Of a stretch of DNA of 64,000 nucleotides, positions 42,607 to 56,750 are shown piece by piece. The stretch's first letter is position 1, and the number at the start of each line of letters is the position of its first letter. Source of the DNA: Octopus vulgaris (Eukaryota). The DNA lies in NCBI GenBank assembly GCA_951406725.2, contig OX597817.1, forward strand, positions 140,368,001-140,432,000, given 5' to 3'. A program made the position numbers and the translations under genes. Under the pieces are notes generated by a model that saw only the letters and a program-made list of their open reading frames with translations, did no database searches and was not told the DNA's origin.

Positions 42607-42843
42607 AAGGCGGCGAACTGGCAGAAACGTTAGCGTGCCGGGCGAAATGCGTAGCCGTGTTTCATCCGTCTTTGCTGTTCTGAGTTCAAATTCCGCCGAG
42701 GTCGACTTTGCCTTTCATCCTTCCGGGGTCGATTAAATAAGTACCAGTTGCGCACTTGAGTCGATATAATCGACTTAATCCGTTTGTCTATCCTTGTTTG
42801 TCCTCTCTGTGTTTAGCCCCTTGTGAGTAGTAAAGAAATAGGT
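42607..42843 (+). mobile_element. SINE family A
   Basis: Matches consensus. Confidence 0.9.
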
Positions 42844-43431
42844 GTAGGGGAAACTAATTTTATAGTTGAACTTATTTTTCTTCAATGAGGGCTCGGATAT
42901 GAGTGTGCCATTTCGTTTCAGGAACGGGAGGAGGTTTAGCAGATTTTAAATGTATGGTAGGGTTGATTAAGGAGAGAGAGTAAGTTATTTCCTTTACAGT
43001 GTTGTCCTTGTTGTGGCCTGATTGAGGAACAAAAAGGAATTCAGTAGTAAACTCAGCCTCCACACACCAACACGCTACAAACATATACCGTTGTATCATC
43101 CCTGTATTTGTCGAACTTCTTCTCTAACGGTTGCTGTTCTACAGTAACTGCCTATAAGCCGCGCAGTGTTAATCATATAATTGTTGTCATTTTCCTCTTA
43201 TTATTTTCATGGCACTAACCTGCCAACAACCATCCAGTCCTTCACCGTTATAAGTCACCTGATTAATGGGTAAATTCAGAGAATGGAAAATTAAGGCTTA
43301 CTCAAGAACAGAGTACCATTTTCCTTAACTGGGTATGGACCTTCAACAGCACTTGGCTACGAGTTTGGTTTGCTCTGCGTAGCTTCTCAGTAAATACACA
43401 AACAAATCTTGGGAGAGAATTCTATAATACC

Positions 43432-43662
43432 TATTTCTTTATTACCCACAAGGGGCTAAACACAGAGGGGACAAACAAGGACAGACATAGGTATTAAGTC
43501 GATTACATCGACCCCAGTGCGTAACTGGAACTTGATTTATCGACCCCGAAAGGATGAAAGGCAAAGCCGACCTCGGCGGAATTCGAACTCACAACGTAAC
43601 GCAGACGAAATACCGCTAAGCATTTCGCCCGGCGTGCTAACGTTTCTGCCAGCTCACCGCCT
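43432..43662 (-). mobile_element. SINE family A with 12-bp TSD
   Basis: TTCTATAATACC at 43420-43431 and 43663-43674. Confidence 0.92.
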
Positions 43663-44284
43663 TTCTATAATACCAGTTACTTGAATGTAAGACACGGAAT
43701 TCTTAAATTTGAATAATTTTATGACGCTATTGTCTCATCGGTTTGATAACATTTAACCTTCAAATGGAAAATGATAAGCTTCATTTTGAACTGTTTCGTG
43801 CGACTGTTTAACCTTATTACGTTAATTTCATTATAAAGTCGTATGACTAACTTCTAAGCATTAGTTAGGAGAAGGTCAAAATGTTCCAAATTTATCTGGC
43901 AGGATGAAATATAAAAGGTACCGGTCTGTATAAAGGGGTATTGAAGTAATAAAGGCAGTCAAATTTTCGTCTGCTTCAGTCGTTTAAAATTTCAATTTAA
44001 ACGATCGTCTGCTACAATTGGCGGTTAATCGTTATGTTTATTTTGAGTTTTGATAAATGAATTATTGAGAGGATATATTGCTTAAGGAAGATCATATAGA
44101 ATCGATCATTGATAGGGACATTACAGTTATGGTTATGAATAATAAATATGAAATAATGTTATTACTGAACAACACACACACACATATTGATAGGTTTCAG
44201 AGGAAGAAAGAAAGAGAAAAGGAGAAAGAGAAGAAAGAGTCGTAGTCTAACAATCCAGCATTGACAGACACACTCCCTCTATAT

Positions 44285-44366
<82 letters not shown>

Positions 44367-44518
44367 ATGCACATATATATATATATATAACTTTAGGTAA
44401 ATATATTCAATAAGTATATTATATACTGAATTTATATTGAGTGCTCTATTGTATAAGAATATTAATACTATATATATATATATATATATACAAAAATACA
44501 TACATATGTATATATGTA

Positions 44519-44572
<54 letters not shown>

Positions 44573-44679
44573 TAAGTTATAAATATTCCTAAAGAATCAA
44601 GACATATCAACGTTAAATACGCCATTAATTGGCCGAATCTCGCAGAGCGGGCAGTAATCCAGACGTCAATGAAATGCTT

Positions 44680-44870
44680 AATGGTATTTCGTCTGCCACT
44701 ATGTTCTGAGTTCAAATTCCGCGGAGATCGACTTTGCCTGTCATCCTTTCGGGGTCGATAAATTAAGTACCAGTTACACACTGGGGTCGATGTAATCGAC
44801 TTAATCCGTTTGTCTGTCCTTGTTTGTCCCCTCTGTGTTTAGCCCCTTGTGGGTAGTAAAGAAATAGGTA
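44680..44870 (+). mobile_element. SINE family A
   Basis: Matches consensus body and tail. Confidence 0.88.
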
Positions 44871-45399
44871 TAAAGTAAGGGAAAGATGCAAGCATAATGA
44901 TAGCTATATACATTCCTCTGACGTTTTATTTTTAAATCTAAATGTCTATCGCTGCAATCGTAGCTGTAACTCCTCTCTACTTTACATTATCCTCGAATGA
45001 CAGCTTCAGAACACACCCACTTTGTACATCTCAAACATTGGTATTTTCATTGGTATTTCCATATGCTGAGAATCAATGGATTACTCAATAAGTCATCGAA
45101 TCAGTCTGAGTTTTAGAAGTCGACTGACGAGCTTCGCAAATGTATTGCATGACCTCAATAATTGTATCATATTTACATCATAACAAAAACTCCTAACGAA
45201 ACAAGTGTAGCAACAACATTCACAAATCCATTCGTTTGTTTTATTTCATGTATATATATCTACCCTTTACGGATTCTCTTTTGGACATTTACCCTCCGGC
45301 TGCACCTCTCCTACCTACGGATCACTGTGGACTCTACTCTTGATGAAAAATCCTTGCAATACAACACGGCGTCAAAACCTTTGAACTTTACGTAAAACT

Positions 45400-46170
<771 letters not shown>

Positions 46171-46174
46171 TATA

Positions 46175-46711
46175 CAGGGTGTCCCAAAAGAATGTATACA
46201 CACCTTAAATAATTGTAAATTTGGGGTTTATTATAATTCGAATAATTTTCAACATGTAAAAGAATTTACAAATATCATTCTATTGTCTTGTTATCGCATG
46301 TTCTCAAACTGATGTCCGTTCTGCTCCAGACACTGCTGACAACGCGAAGCGATGGAATGGCACACATCATGGAACAATTCCCTTGGGATATTCGTACATT
46401 CATGTTCAATGGTTGCCCTCAATTGAACGACTGTTGCAGGTTTCTGTGCGTAGACTTTGTCCTTTAGGTATCCCCATAAAAAGAAGTCTAGTGGTGTGAG
46501 GTCTGGTGAACGTGGAGGGTATTCAACAAAACCTCTCCGTCCAATCCACCTGTTTGGCAAGATCCCATCAAGAAAGGATCTAACATCGCGATGGTAGTGT
46601 GGAGGTGCCCCATCTTGCTGGAAATAAAAACTCTTCCTGTTCAAAGTCCTCTCTAATGCTTGGCATGACAGACTGTTGCAGCAAGTGTATACATTTTTTG
46701 GGGACACCCTG
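46175..46711 (-). mobile_element. Internally deleted Tc1/mariner DD41D (rosa-type) element with both TIRs, TA TSD
   Basis: 27-bp TIRs CAGGGTGTCCC..AATGTATACAC (25/27); FQQDGAPPH...WIGRRG..YPPRSPDLTPLDFFLWG with 41 residues between the last two catalytic Asp; stop at 46291. Confidence 0.92.
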
Positions 46712-46762
<51 letters not shown>

Positions 46763-47024
46763 AGGTTTGTAGGTTGCATGTGTTTTACATATACAACCAA
46801 CACCAATGTCATGTAATAAATAAATTACATCTATAACATGCGTTGAACTGTCTATGCGCTCAATTGTCAGGCGATGAATTGTCGATACTCCGATAGTTAG
46901 AGAGACAGATATTGATATAGCTATGTATACCACCTGTCTTCGTCTTTTATTTTTGTTTGTGAATTCTCCCCCTATGTATGTATGTATGTATGTATGTATG
47001 TATGTATGTATGTATGTATGTATG

Positions 47025-47069
<45 letters not shown>

Positions 47070-47072
<3 letters not shown>

Positions 47073-48020
47073 GTTCAGCAAAATTTAGATTTAGGTGAAG
47101 ATGGTACTTAAGTTAAAGGCACCAGAACTTTGTATGGTATTATCCATATAAATCAAATGGGGGTGATTATAATCAAAATAAGCAACAAGGATATCCAAGG
47201 TAGTGTAGTATAATAATTTCATGCTACTTCATTTTATTAAACACTGTAAGTATTACATCAATTTTAAAATGTCGAGCAATCTTCAGCCACATATAAAATT
47301 TTTTAATTAAATGGACAATGTACATTTTTATACTTATTTCATTTGCCAACATTACAAAGAGGGTAGATATATAGACAGAGAGGTTAATTTCATCATTAAG
47401 AAAATGGTAGAAGTATGTCCTTCTCTATCTGTAGATTTTTTATCATTGAGTTCACTTTGTTATTTAGATTTATCAGTGGGGAAGGGGTTTCTTTTCTTGG
47501 TTCAATGGAGACAAACAAGATTTTTTTCTATTTATAGATAGAGGAAGGGTAGTACAAATGTCAAAGCCATAAATCCATCCTCATTATGAGGAATTTAACT
47601 CAGGCATATTTGAATGTATTTTAGCAAAAGTTAGTAGGCTAAAGTTAGTGGAGTAGGGAGAATAGAGACTACTAATGATCTAACTTTAGCCTACTCCTTT
47701 ATTTTGTAATAAGGAAATATTTTGAATTTGCGCAAATGACTAGATGTTCGCTACATGGAACATTCCTGGGAGTCGAATCTTTTATTTGATGTTTATGTAC
47801 TCTAATCCGATTTAATCATTCTCTTTCCGTTTGACCGATATAATTCTCTGCATTGTAGGCATAATATGAAAATACTTTGTAATTCATGTTTGCATTAGCC
47901 TCCAATTCTTTCCTATTCTTGAAATTTTTGGTTATTTCCCGTTCAATTATTTCACACATCCTACAGCGAAGGCCTCTGCAGTTTGTTACCATCTCTTCCG
48001 ATGTGAATTTCGCTACTGTA
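47070..48020 (-). mobile_element. Degenerate Neptune-like PLE 3' part: Cys linker, GIY-YIG, 3' terminus with HHR
   Basis: Manual translation AKFTS..VTNCRGLRCRMCEII...NYIGQTERE*LNRIRVHKHQIKD...VPCSEHL..C...IFPYYK...PELN; ends at (TA)n ~47069. Confidence 0.8.
47204..47291 (-). ncRNA. HHR-like motif downstream of, and sense to, the GIY-YIG relic
   Basis: TGTGG-CTGAAGA-TTGCT...AGCAT-GAAA-TTATTA-TA-CTACA. Confidence 0.55.
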
Positions 48021-48507
48021 ACAGGTGAAGAAACTGGACAACTAAAAGTGTTTCATTAAATTTCGGTAACAATCTTAATACCTCTGACAGAAATTACCTG
48101 AAAAGCTACACATTCGGAAAGCCCTACTTCACATCGACACAACATCCCAAATACATAACAGAAGAGAATTTACTGATGGCGTTAGTGACGCCGGGGATAA
48201 AATAGCTACAAATATAGGATGTATTATTATGTATGTAGGTTGATGCTTCTGAGATTAAATGACCAAGCTACATGTGAATGTGACAGAAAAAACTTGTAGT
48301 ATATCAGCTCCTTGATCACTAATGAGGGTTTCTTCAAAACGAATGTGCACGGATATATCTCAATCAACGACAATTCCCTACTTGAATACACGATAACACC
48401 AACAACCTGGCTCAATAGATTCTGTCAGATGGTGTTATTAAGACAGACATGAACTGGGATACTTATCACCAAAACGCATCTAACTTTATGTCATAAATAA
48501 AGAATTT

Positions 48508-48542
<35 letters not shown>

Positions 48543-48690
48543 TTACACACATATGCATATTATATACGTACACCTCTCTGTGAGTGTCTGTGTGTGCCTG
48601 TATACGTATATATGTATACGCGTATGCGTGTGTTTATGTATGTATACATACAAATATATATACATATAGATAGATGTATATCTACCTAAG

Positions 48691-48749
<59 letters not shown>

Positions 48750-49075
48750 ATTATATAAAAGGGCTTAGTAAAATAAATTACTTTGCCACATACTGAACTC
48801 ATTAGAAATAGTAGCTAAAAAAACTTTTTTTAAAACTATTTCTAATACTTAAAGAAAATCTTTAAGATTTTCTTTAAGTATTAGAAATAGTTTTAAAAAA
48901 GTTTTTTTAGCTACTATTTCTAATGAGTTCAGTATGTGGCAAAGTAATTTATTTTACTAAGCCCTTTTATATAATGTAATAATTTGAATTCGCCTTAAAT
49001 GGTCCCTTTACATACTGAACACTTGGTGATATTGATTAATAATTAATTAATTAATTTTACCCTCAATTGTTGAAA
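48750..49075. mobile_element. Fold-back element: arms 48750-48862 / 48864-48975 (1-nt loop), tail 48976-49075
   Basis: ~113-bp inverted repeat differing by one homopolymer indel; (TA)n both sides; no HHR recognised. Confidence 0.8.
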
Positions 49076-49953
49076 TATATATATATATATAGTGAGTGAG
49101 TGAGCGAGTAAGAGAGAAATACATGCATGCGTGCATATATACATAATGCATATTTGCATATTTCTCAACGACGACACTCAATCGTAATATGATCGTGGTT
49201 ACGTCGTCATGTTTTGTCACAGCGGACAATAGACGCAAACAACATATAAGGCGCCAGCGATTCTACCATTTCCAGCTTTTGATAACAATGCTTAACAGAC
49301 ATACGTAAAAAGTATCTATGAGCGCCGTTGCTCAGCGTTTTATTTCGCTTCTTAGTTCCCTTTCATATTTATTGCTATTAAACTTTGCTCTAAGATGTCT
49401 TGATTTCGTTATCTTAAACCGAGGTAGTTATGTCTGTAAGGAAATTACTTTGATAGTTCAAGTATTAACTTGAAGAACAAAACATTTCTAAAAGACCTAC
49501 GAACGCCACGCTTCAAATATAACGTTTTTTTTCACTACGTATAAATATTCTATCTCTTTTCCCCTTTCACTTGCATATACATACATATATGTACACACAC
49601 GCACGCACACACACACATACATACATGTCATACATATGTATGTAATATGTATATATATATATATACATCTATCTATACATATGCATATATATATATACAT
49701 ATCTATATATACATATTTATATATATTTACATAAATAATTATATATACACCCGGATATGTCTCTGTAAACAATAACTCTCTACTTGAGTGGGCCATAGTG
49801 CCCAAATTCTGACTTGAAAGACTTCACCAGGTGGTGCTATTAAGTTAGACATGGCTTGGGCCAATAATGGCCGAAACCTATCAAAGTATCAAAGTATCAA
49901 AGTATACATACGTACATAAGTGTATATATGTATACGTTACATATATATATGTC

Positions 49954-50058
<105 letters not shown>

Positions 50059-50289
50059 ATATATATATGTATGTATATATATATATATATATGTATATAT
50101 ATACTTATACGTTTATATACATATATTTATATATAATACATACGTACGAACATGTAATTTAAATATGAGTATATATATGCGTGTATGTGTGCATGTGTAT
50201 GTAAGTAGGTAAGTAGGTAGCATATCTATCTCTATTATTTCTGTAGTTTTTCGCTTAGTGCCATAAGAAGATTAAGATGATTAAACTAT

Positions 50290-50530
50290 TTAAGAATCCG
50301 AATCGCGGTTGTTGCCCTCATTATCAGTTTTTCATAAGGTAGATTCTAATATTCCAGATGGGTTGTTTTCAATGATGTCTTGTCTCTGTAGAAACTGCGT
50401 TGTCATAGAAAATGTCGTAATTGTTTGTCCGATGTAATAGTTTGATTCATGATGTTTGCAACTATCATGTTTACGTTGAAATTTATACATTCCGTTTGTT
50501 ATCTGAACCACATTGTGTGGCTTCACGGCA
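50290..50530 (-). mobile_element. PLE GIY-YIG relic
   Basis: NGMYKFQRKHDSCKHHESNYYIGQTITTFS...ILESTL. Confidence 0.55.
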
Positions 50531-50872
50531 TGTGCTTACAGGCTGATAAAAAGCTTTTTAAATTTCCTCTTATTTTTGCATATACTCTGTTTGCCATAAG
50601 ACAATGTTTGATGATATACATACATGCATACATATGTATGCATGTATGTAGATGTGTGCGTATCTATTTGGATCTGTGTGTGAATGTTTGTATATATACA
50701 TATATACACACACACATATATATATATAAACACACACATACACATATACAGAGAGAGATAAATAGGTAGATTGGTAGGGAGAGAGATATACAAATAAATA
50801 GATATAGATATATACATGTGTTATTAATAGTATCACAATAGTAATAATATTCATTATCATCATATAAAAGAA

Positions 50873-51012
<140 letters not shown>

Positions 51013-51049
51013 CAACAACGACAACAACAATAATAATGATAATATAACT

Positions 51050-52255
51050 AGAGGGAGGAAAATACTCATTATGAAAGATAAGCTGTTAACAGGAATGCTT
51101 TCAAGAAGCTTTTAGGACCACCTTGACAAGCAGAATTTACTGCCAGAACAGAAAGGTTGCAGGAAGCTAGTCAGAAGAACTAGGAAAGAATTCAATATAA
51201 ACGGAGGACCCCAACCAAGGGTAGGAGTAGCAAAATTATATCTACTTAGAAAGGAAGGTGGAAGAGGGTTAATATCAGTAGAAGACTGCGCGGAGCTAGC
51301 TAGAGTATATATAGGCTCCGATGTAGGTAATAGTGAAGAAAGTTTATTAAAAGCTGCTAGAGTGACGGCAAGACATAGGGAAAGCAAAATATTAAACGAA
51401 GTTAAAAATCAGAAAGAAGAACAGAAGCTGTCTGACTGGCAGGAGAAGTCGTTGCATGGTAGATTCCCAAAGGTAGTTCCAGCAAATAGTAGTTGTGAGA
51501 CATGGTTATAGTTGCAGAATGGAAAACTGAAGAATGAGACAGAAAGTTTGTCAGTATTTGCATAAGATCAAGCATTAAGGACTAATTGGATAAAAGCCAA
51601 GATAGGCAAAAACGAAGTAGTAGTGTAGATTATGCAAATCAAAAGCGGAAAGCGTTACTCATACAGTAAGTGAATGTAGCATACTTGCACAGAACAAATA
51701 CAAGAAAAGACATGACAATCTAGGGAGAGGAATCCACTGGGAGCTTTGTAGAAAGCTAGGATTTGACCATACTGATAAATGGTATGAACATGAATCTAGT
51801 AAAGTACTAGAAAGTAAGAAATATAAGCTGTTGTGGGACTTTAACTTTCAGACTGCTGACAGAGTAATAGAAGCTAGAAGGCCTGATTTAGCAGTATTAG
51901 ATAAAGAGAAAAGAAAGTGCCAGATAATTAACTTTACAGTACCAAATAATGGAAAAATTAATATGAGAAGTATAGAAAAAATAGCAAAGTACGATGTCTT
52001 AGCTATTGAATTATAGAAACTATGGAAAAGTTCGGGTAACATGTATCCCAGTAGTTATAGGTGCATTGGGAACTATCCCTAAAGATCTAAACAGATGGAG
52101 AGAGGAAATAGGAATAAAACCCAGTTTAGTACAGCTTCAGAAAATAGTGTTATTTGGGATAACAAGGATAGTTAGGAGGGTTCTTGTTATAGCCTGATGT
52201 GAGGACTTTTTCGTTTCCAACAGTCTAATCTGTTGTGTGTTTATGAAAATAATAA
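51050..52255 (+). mobile_element. R4/Dong-like non-LTR retrotransposon, RT core deleted, retaining CCHC and PD-(D/E)xK endonuclease; in (TAA)n
   Basis: KLLTGML..HLDKQNLLPEQKGCRK|LVRRTRK..KLYLLRKEGGRGLISVEDC..DQALRTNWIKAKI..CRLCKSKAESVTHTVSEC..YKKRHD..IHWELC..WYEH..WDFNFQT..ARRPDL..KIAKY..IPVVIGALG. Confidence 0.9.
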
Positions 52256-52267
52256 TTATTATTATTA

Positions 52268-52818
52268 GGCAGTGGCTCTTATGGCTTCTGTTGGAAGTGT
52301 CATCATGTACATTGTTTTGTTTTGGTATAAAAGATGGGCTACGGCAAATATTCTGCTCAATACCACATATTTGCTTGTCAGTTGTTTGACCGTAACAAGT
52401 TGAGCATGTCTTTTAGTAACTGACGATATATGCATCTCTGATCACGAGCAGAAGTAGTTGGGGAGCATCATAGCCATGTGCAGAGAGGAATTTTGGGAGG
52501 TTTGGATAATTCACCTCTGGAAATATTGGTCTTTCGTTGAACATCCATAAACAACCCTTATTCAAGGACTTTTTGAGCGGGATGGGCTACTCGACCTGAA
52601 GGAAATTCTAACTGGGCCACACCTGCAAGGTCATGTTTGGATAATTCATATCTTAATATGAGGTCACCATGTCGCGGACACATGGTTGTGATGCATGTGT
52701 CTGGTGTACCCTTATCAGATGGGTAATCATGATGGGAATACTGGGCTTCGTATATTTTACCCCAGTGTCACTTTGATGGCATGCATTGCCCTCTCACTCA
52801 ATAATATTAATAATAATA
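52268..52818. repeat. Unclassified interspersed repeat bounded by (TTA)/(AAT) runs
   Basis: GC-richer block ending CTCTCACTC(AAT)n, retroposon-like tail; single copy in window. Confidence 0.3.
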
Positions 52819-52819
52819 A

Positions 52820-52992
52820 ATGTGACCCACTTGGTAAGTGGATGTGAGAGCCTTACACCAAAAGAATACAAGCGCCGCCATGATTAAGTGTGTGGGTGTA
52901 TCTTCATTGGCTTTTATGCCGTAAATACCAATATGAAGTAACAGAGAACTGGTATGAGCATGTACCAAGTAAAGTTATGCAGGAGGATGGAT
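52820..52992 (+). mobile_element. Second R4-like zinc-knuckle fragment
   Basis: VTHLVSGCESLTPKEYKRRHD..LHWLLCRKYQYEVTENWYEHVPSKVMQEDG. Confidence 0.75.
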
Positions 52993-53593
52993 AAGTAACG
53001 ATACACATATATGGGCGTACCAACCTTGGCAGCGAGGCTGAAGCTATAATAATGCAAAGAAGCAGACTGTGACCTACGGAACCCTCGATAGTCTACTCGA
53101 TTCAGTGATAAAGTTATTTATAAATATATGTTTAATCGTTGAATTGGTGAATTTGCCATACAATGCCGACGATCATTTCAGTTGTATCGACATATTTAAA
53201 TATAGAAAATATTGAAATTAATATCTCTGAAAATACATGTTAACACAATGTTTTCAAGGTGGTTCAAAATTCAAAGTGAACTCAAAGTTAAATTCAAGGC
53301 TTGAATATGCGTTTCTGCTGCACACAGTACGTTCGTTTCGGAACACGCTTGTGGAAAGACCCCGGTTGAAGCTGCATAGCAGAATATTATAGGTTGCATA
53401 CGTAACTGCACACACTCCGTGCAACAGAAACGTGTGTCAGTCATTTTAACCAACTAATTATGCAATATAATCAACCGTTAAATTGAAAGAAAAATTTGAA
53501 GATGTACCAGTCTCCGTACTCTTCGTAATTATTCTCTCTCTCTTTCTCCCTATATATATATATATACATCTACTTGTAAACACAAGCGCAAAC

Positions 53594-53649
<56 letters not shown>

Positions 53650-53684
53650 AGAGGAGAGGAGAGAGGTGGAGATGCAAATAATAT

Positions 53685-53916
53685 ATATTTCTTTATTGCC
53701 CACAAGGGGCTAAACATTGAGGGGACAAACAAGGACAGACAAACGGATTAAGTCGATCCTATCGACCCTAGTGCATAACTGGTACTTTATTTATCGACCC
53801 CGAAAGGATGAAAGGCAAAGTCGACCTCGGCGGAATTCGAACTCAGAACGTAGCGGCAGACGAAATACTGCTAAGCATTTCGCCCGGCGTGCTTAACGTT
53901 TCTTCCAGCTCGCCGC
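53685..53916 (-). mobile_element. SINE family A, TSD GCAAATAATATA
   Basis: Reverse complement of consensus. Confidence 0.9.
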
Positions 53917-54434
53917 AAATAATATAATGCTCACATGGATCCCCTCCCCCCCAATAGCCGCCCAACTCTTTATCCCACGGTAAAGATCTCGGAGTATAAG
54001 TTCAAATTCTTTGAGATCTACTATTTGTTTTCATGGCTGCAGTTAGTTCCGTAAATGAAACAATTAAAAGGTAAAACTCTAAACTAAATGCCAGACTTCG
54101 CCTCAGAACACACCCAACCTTTCTTTATGACTCATTAATCAAAAGATGAGACTGTACATGATCTTGCATTCCTGCTGTCATCGCCACGAAGCATCGTGTG
54201 CCATCATTAAATGAAGATCATTCATGACACAAACATAAATATATCAAACAACTAATTGTGGAATCAGCCAATAATGATGTGAGGAATTTACTTAAGATCG
54301 TTTCAGATCTTTATTTTCTCCTTTAATGTAACTTAACAGGACAATAATTAATTATATTGTCGTAATTACCTTATAAACCACGATAAGCAGTATGTATATA
54401 TATGCATATCTATATATCTATCTATCTGTCTGTC

Positions 54435-54511
<77 letters not shown>

Positions 54512-54528
54512 GTCTGTCTGTCTGTCTG

Positions 54529-54586
<58 letters not shown>

Positions 54587-54588
54587 AC

Positions 54589-54637
<49 letters not shown>

Positions 54638-54805
54638 ACACTCATACATACATACATTGCTTTTATGTTCAGTTATGATAAAAACAATTTTGTATCATTC
54701 TAATGGGTTACTCTTTACTTTTGTAGAGTATAAATTTATTATTTTTTAACAAAAATAGTATTGATAGTAACTTCGAAGTTTCGGTTAGCAGTCCGTTTAA
54801 GAACA

Positions 54806-54881
<76 letters not shown>

Positions 54882-55002
54882 ATATATGTTTATATATGCT
54901 TCACCAAGTGCCACATATTAGAGGAGGCTCTTAGTAATAGTGTAGCAAAACGGCGGTGCATCAGCATGGCCACAGCTCTGAGCTGGAACTAGAGGAAAAA
55001 AA

Positions 55003-55058
<56 letters not shown>

Positions 55059-55221
55059 TATATACATACATATATAATATATACACTTGAATATGTATAT
55101 ATATATGTATATATATGTATATATTTATGCATATATATATATATATATATATGCATATATATATATATATTTATACATATTTTAAGGATATATGCTTATA
55201 TATGTATAAATATATATATTC

Positions 55222-55420
55222 TTTTTTCTTTTACTCATTTCAGTCATTTGACTGCGGCCATACTGGAGCTCCGCCTTCAAAGGTTTTAGTCAAACAAATC
55301 GACCCCAGGATTTCTTTTTTTAAGCCTAGTACTTATTCTACTTTCTCTTTGGCCGAACCGCTAAGTTAGGAGGACGTAAACACAGAAACACCACTTATCA
55401 AGCAGTGATGAGGAGACAAA
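55222..55420 (-). mobile_element. SINE family B 3' half
   Basis: Reverse complement matches 8620-8815. Confidence 0.8.
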
Positions 55421-55575
55421 CGCTCACACATGCATACATACATATGTATATACACATATACATGTATATACATATATATGTATATGTATAAACACATATA
55501 TGTGTGTATATACATATGTATATATATACACATATACACGCACTCACACACGCACACACATACACGGACACACAG

Positions 55576-55656
<81 letters not shown>

Positions 55657-55672
55657 CACATATATATATATG

Positions 55673-55905
55673 AGGACGGCGAGCTGGCAGAAACGTTAGC
55701 ACGCCGGACGAAATGCGTAGCCGTATTTTCGTCTGTCGTTACATTCTGAGTTCAAATTCCGCCGAGGTCGACTTTGCCTTTCATCCTTTCGGGGTCGATA
55801 AATTAAGTACCAGTTTCGCACTGGGGTCGATGTAATCGACTTAATCTCTTTGTCTGTCTTTGTTTGTCCCCTCTATGTTTAGCCCCTTGTGGGTAGTAAA
55901 GAAAT
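55673..55905 (+). mobile_element. SINE family A
   Basis: Matches consensus. Confidence 0.9.
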
Positions 55906-56061
55906 ATATATATATATATACACTAGACTACCCGTGACCCTTTGGGTCACCTGGAAAGTCTGAGCTTCCCAACAATGGAATAATCTTTTAAAGATGTTTT
56001 TCTTAAATGTTGTTATTGTTTTTGCTGAGTAAAATTTATTGAAAAAAAGCCGCAATAATTA

Positions 56062-56244
56062 TTTGTTTCAGACACTTTATTGCGGACATGCTGGGGCACT
56101 GCTTTTAGTTGAACAAGCGACCCCAAGACTTATTCTTTGTAAACCTAGTACTTATTCTATCGGTCTTCTTTTGCTGAACTGCCATGTTACAGGAAGTAAA
56201 CACACCAGCACCGGTTGTCAAGCGATGGTGGAGGAACAAATACA

Positions 56245-56305
<61 letters not shown>

Positions 56306-56365
56306 ATACACACACACACACATATATATACGACGGACTTCTTTCAGTTTCCATCTACCAAATCC
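56062..56365 (-). mobile_element. SINE family B partial with internal (CA)n
   Basis: Reverse complement matches ~8505-8790. Confidence 0.8.
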
Positions 56366-56406
<41 letters not shown>

Positions 56407-56434
56407 TAACAACAATAATGATAATAATAATAAT

Positions 56435-56750
56435 AAATTCGTTTATTGGCCACAAGGGCTAACAAAAAATCAAATAAAACATGTAAGGACAAAATACAGG
56501 ACGAAAGTTACAAAAAGGGTTTTGTCCGTTTGAAATGTCCGTGTAAAAATGCAAGATAACAACGAAAATATAACAAGTAAAAACTCCCAATAGGGGGAGG
56601 CGCTTCGAAAGTTTATTGCCGTGATGCCCTTTAGTGTAAATGAACTGCGGTGGTGAGCTCTCGAAATGGCCACAGATATATGTGAATGTTGAATTTGACC
56701 GGTGATATCTGTTTATTGTGAACATGCGCGAATCGGGGATGTGCGATACA
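56435..56750 (-). mobile_element. Probable LINE 3' UTR whose end resembles the SINE family A tail
   Basis: Minus strand ..TTTTGTCCTTACATGTTT..TTAGCCCTTGTGGCCAATAAACGAATTT(ATT)n. Confidence 0.45.

Noticed and set aside
48020-48480. Possible LINE ORF1 relic; similarly a possible RT relic at 16860-17330
   Set aside because: Too degenerate to support by eye.
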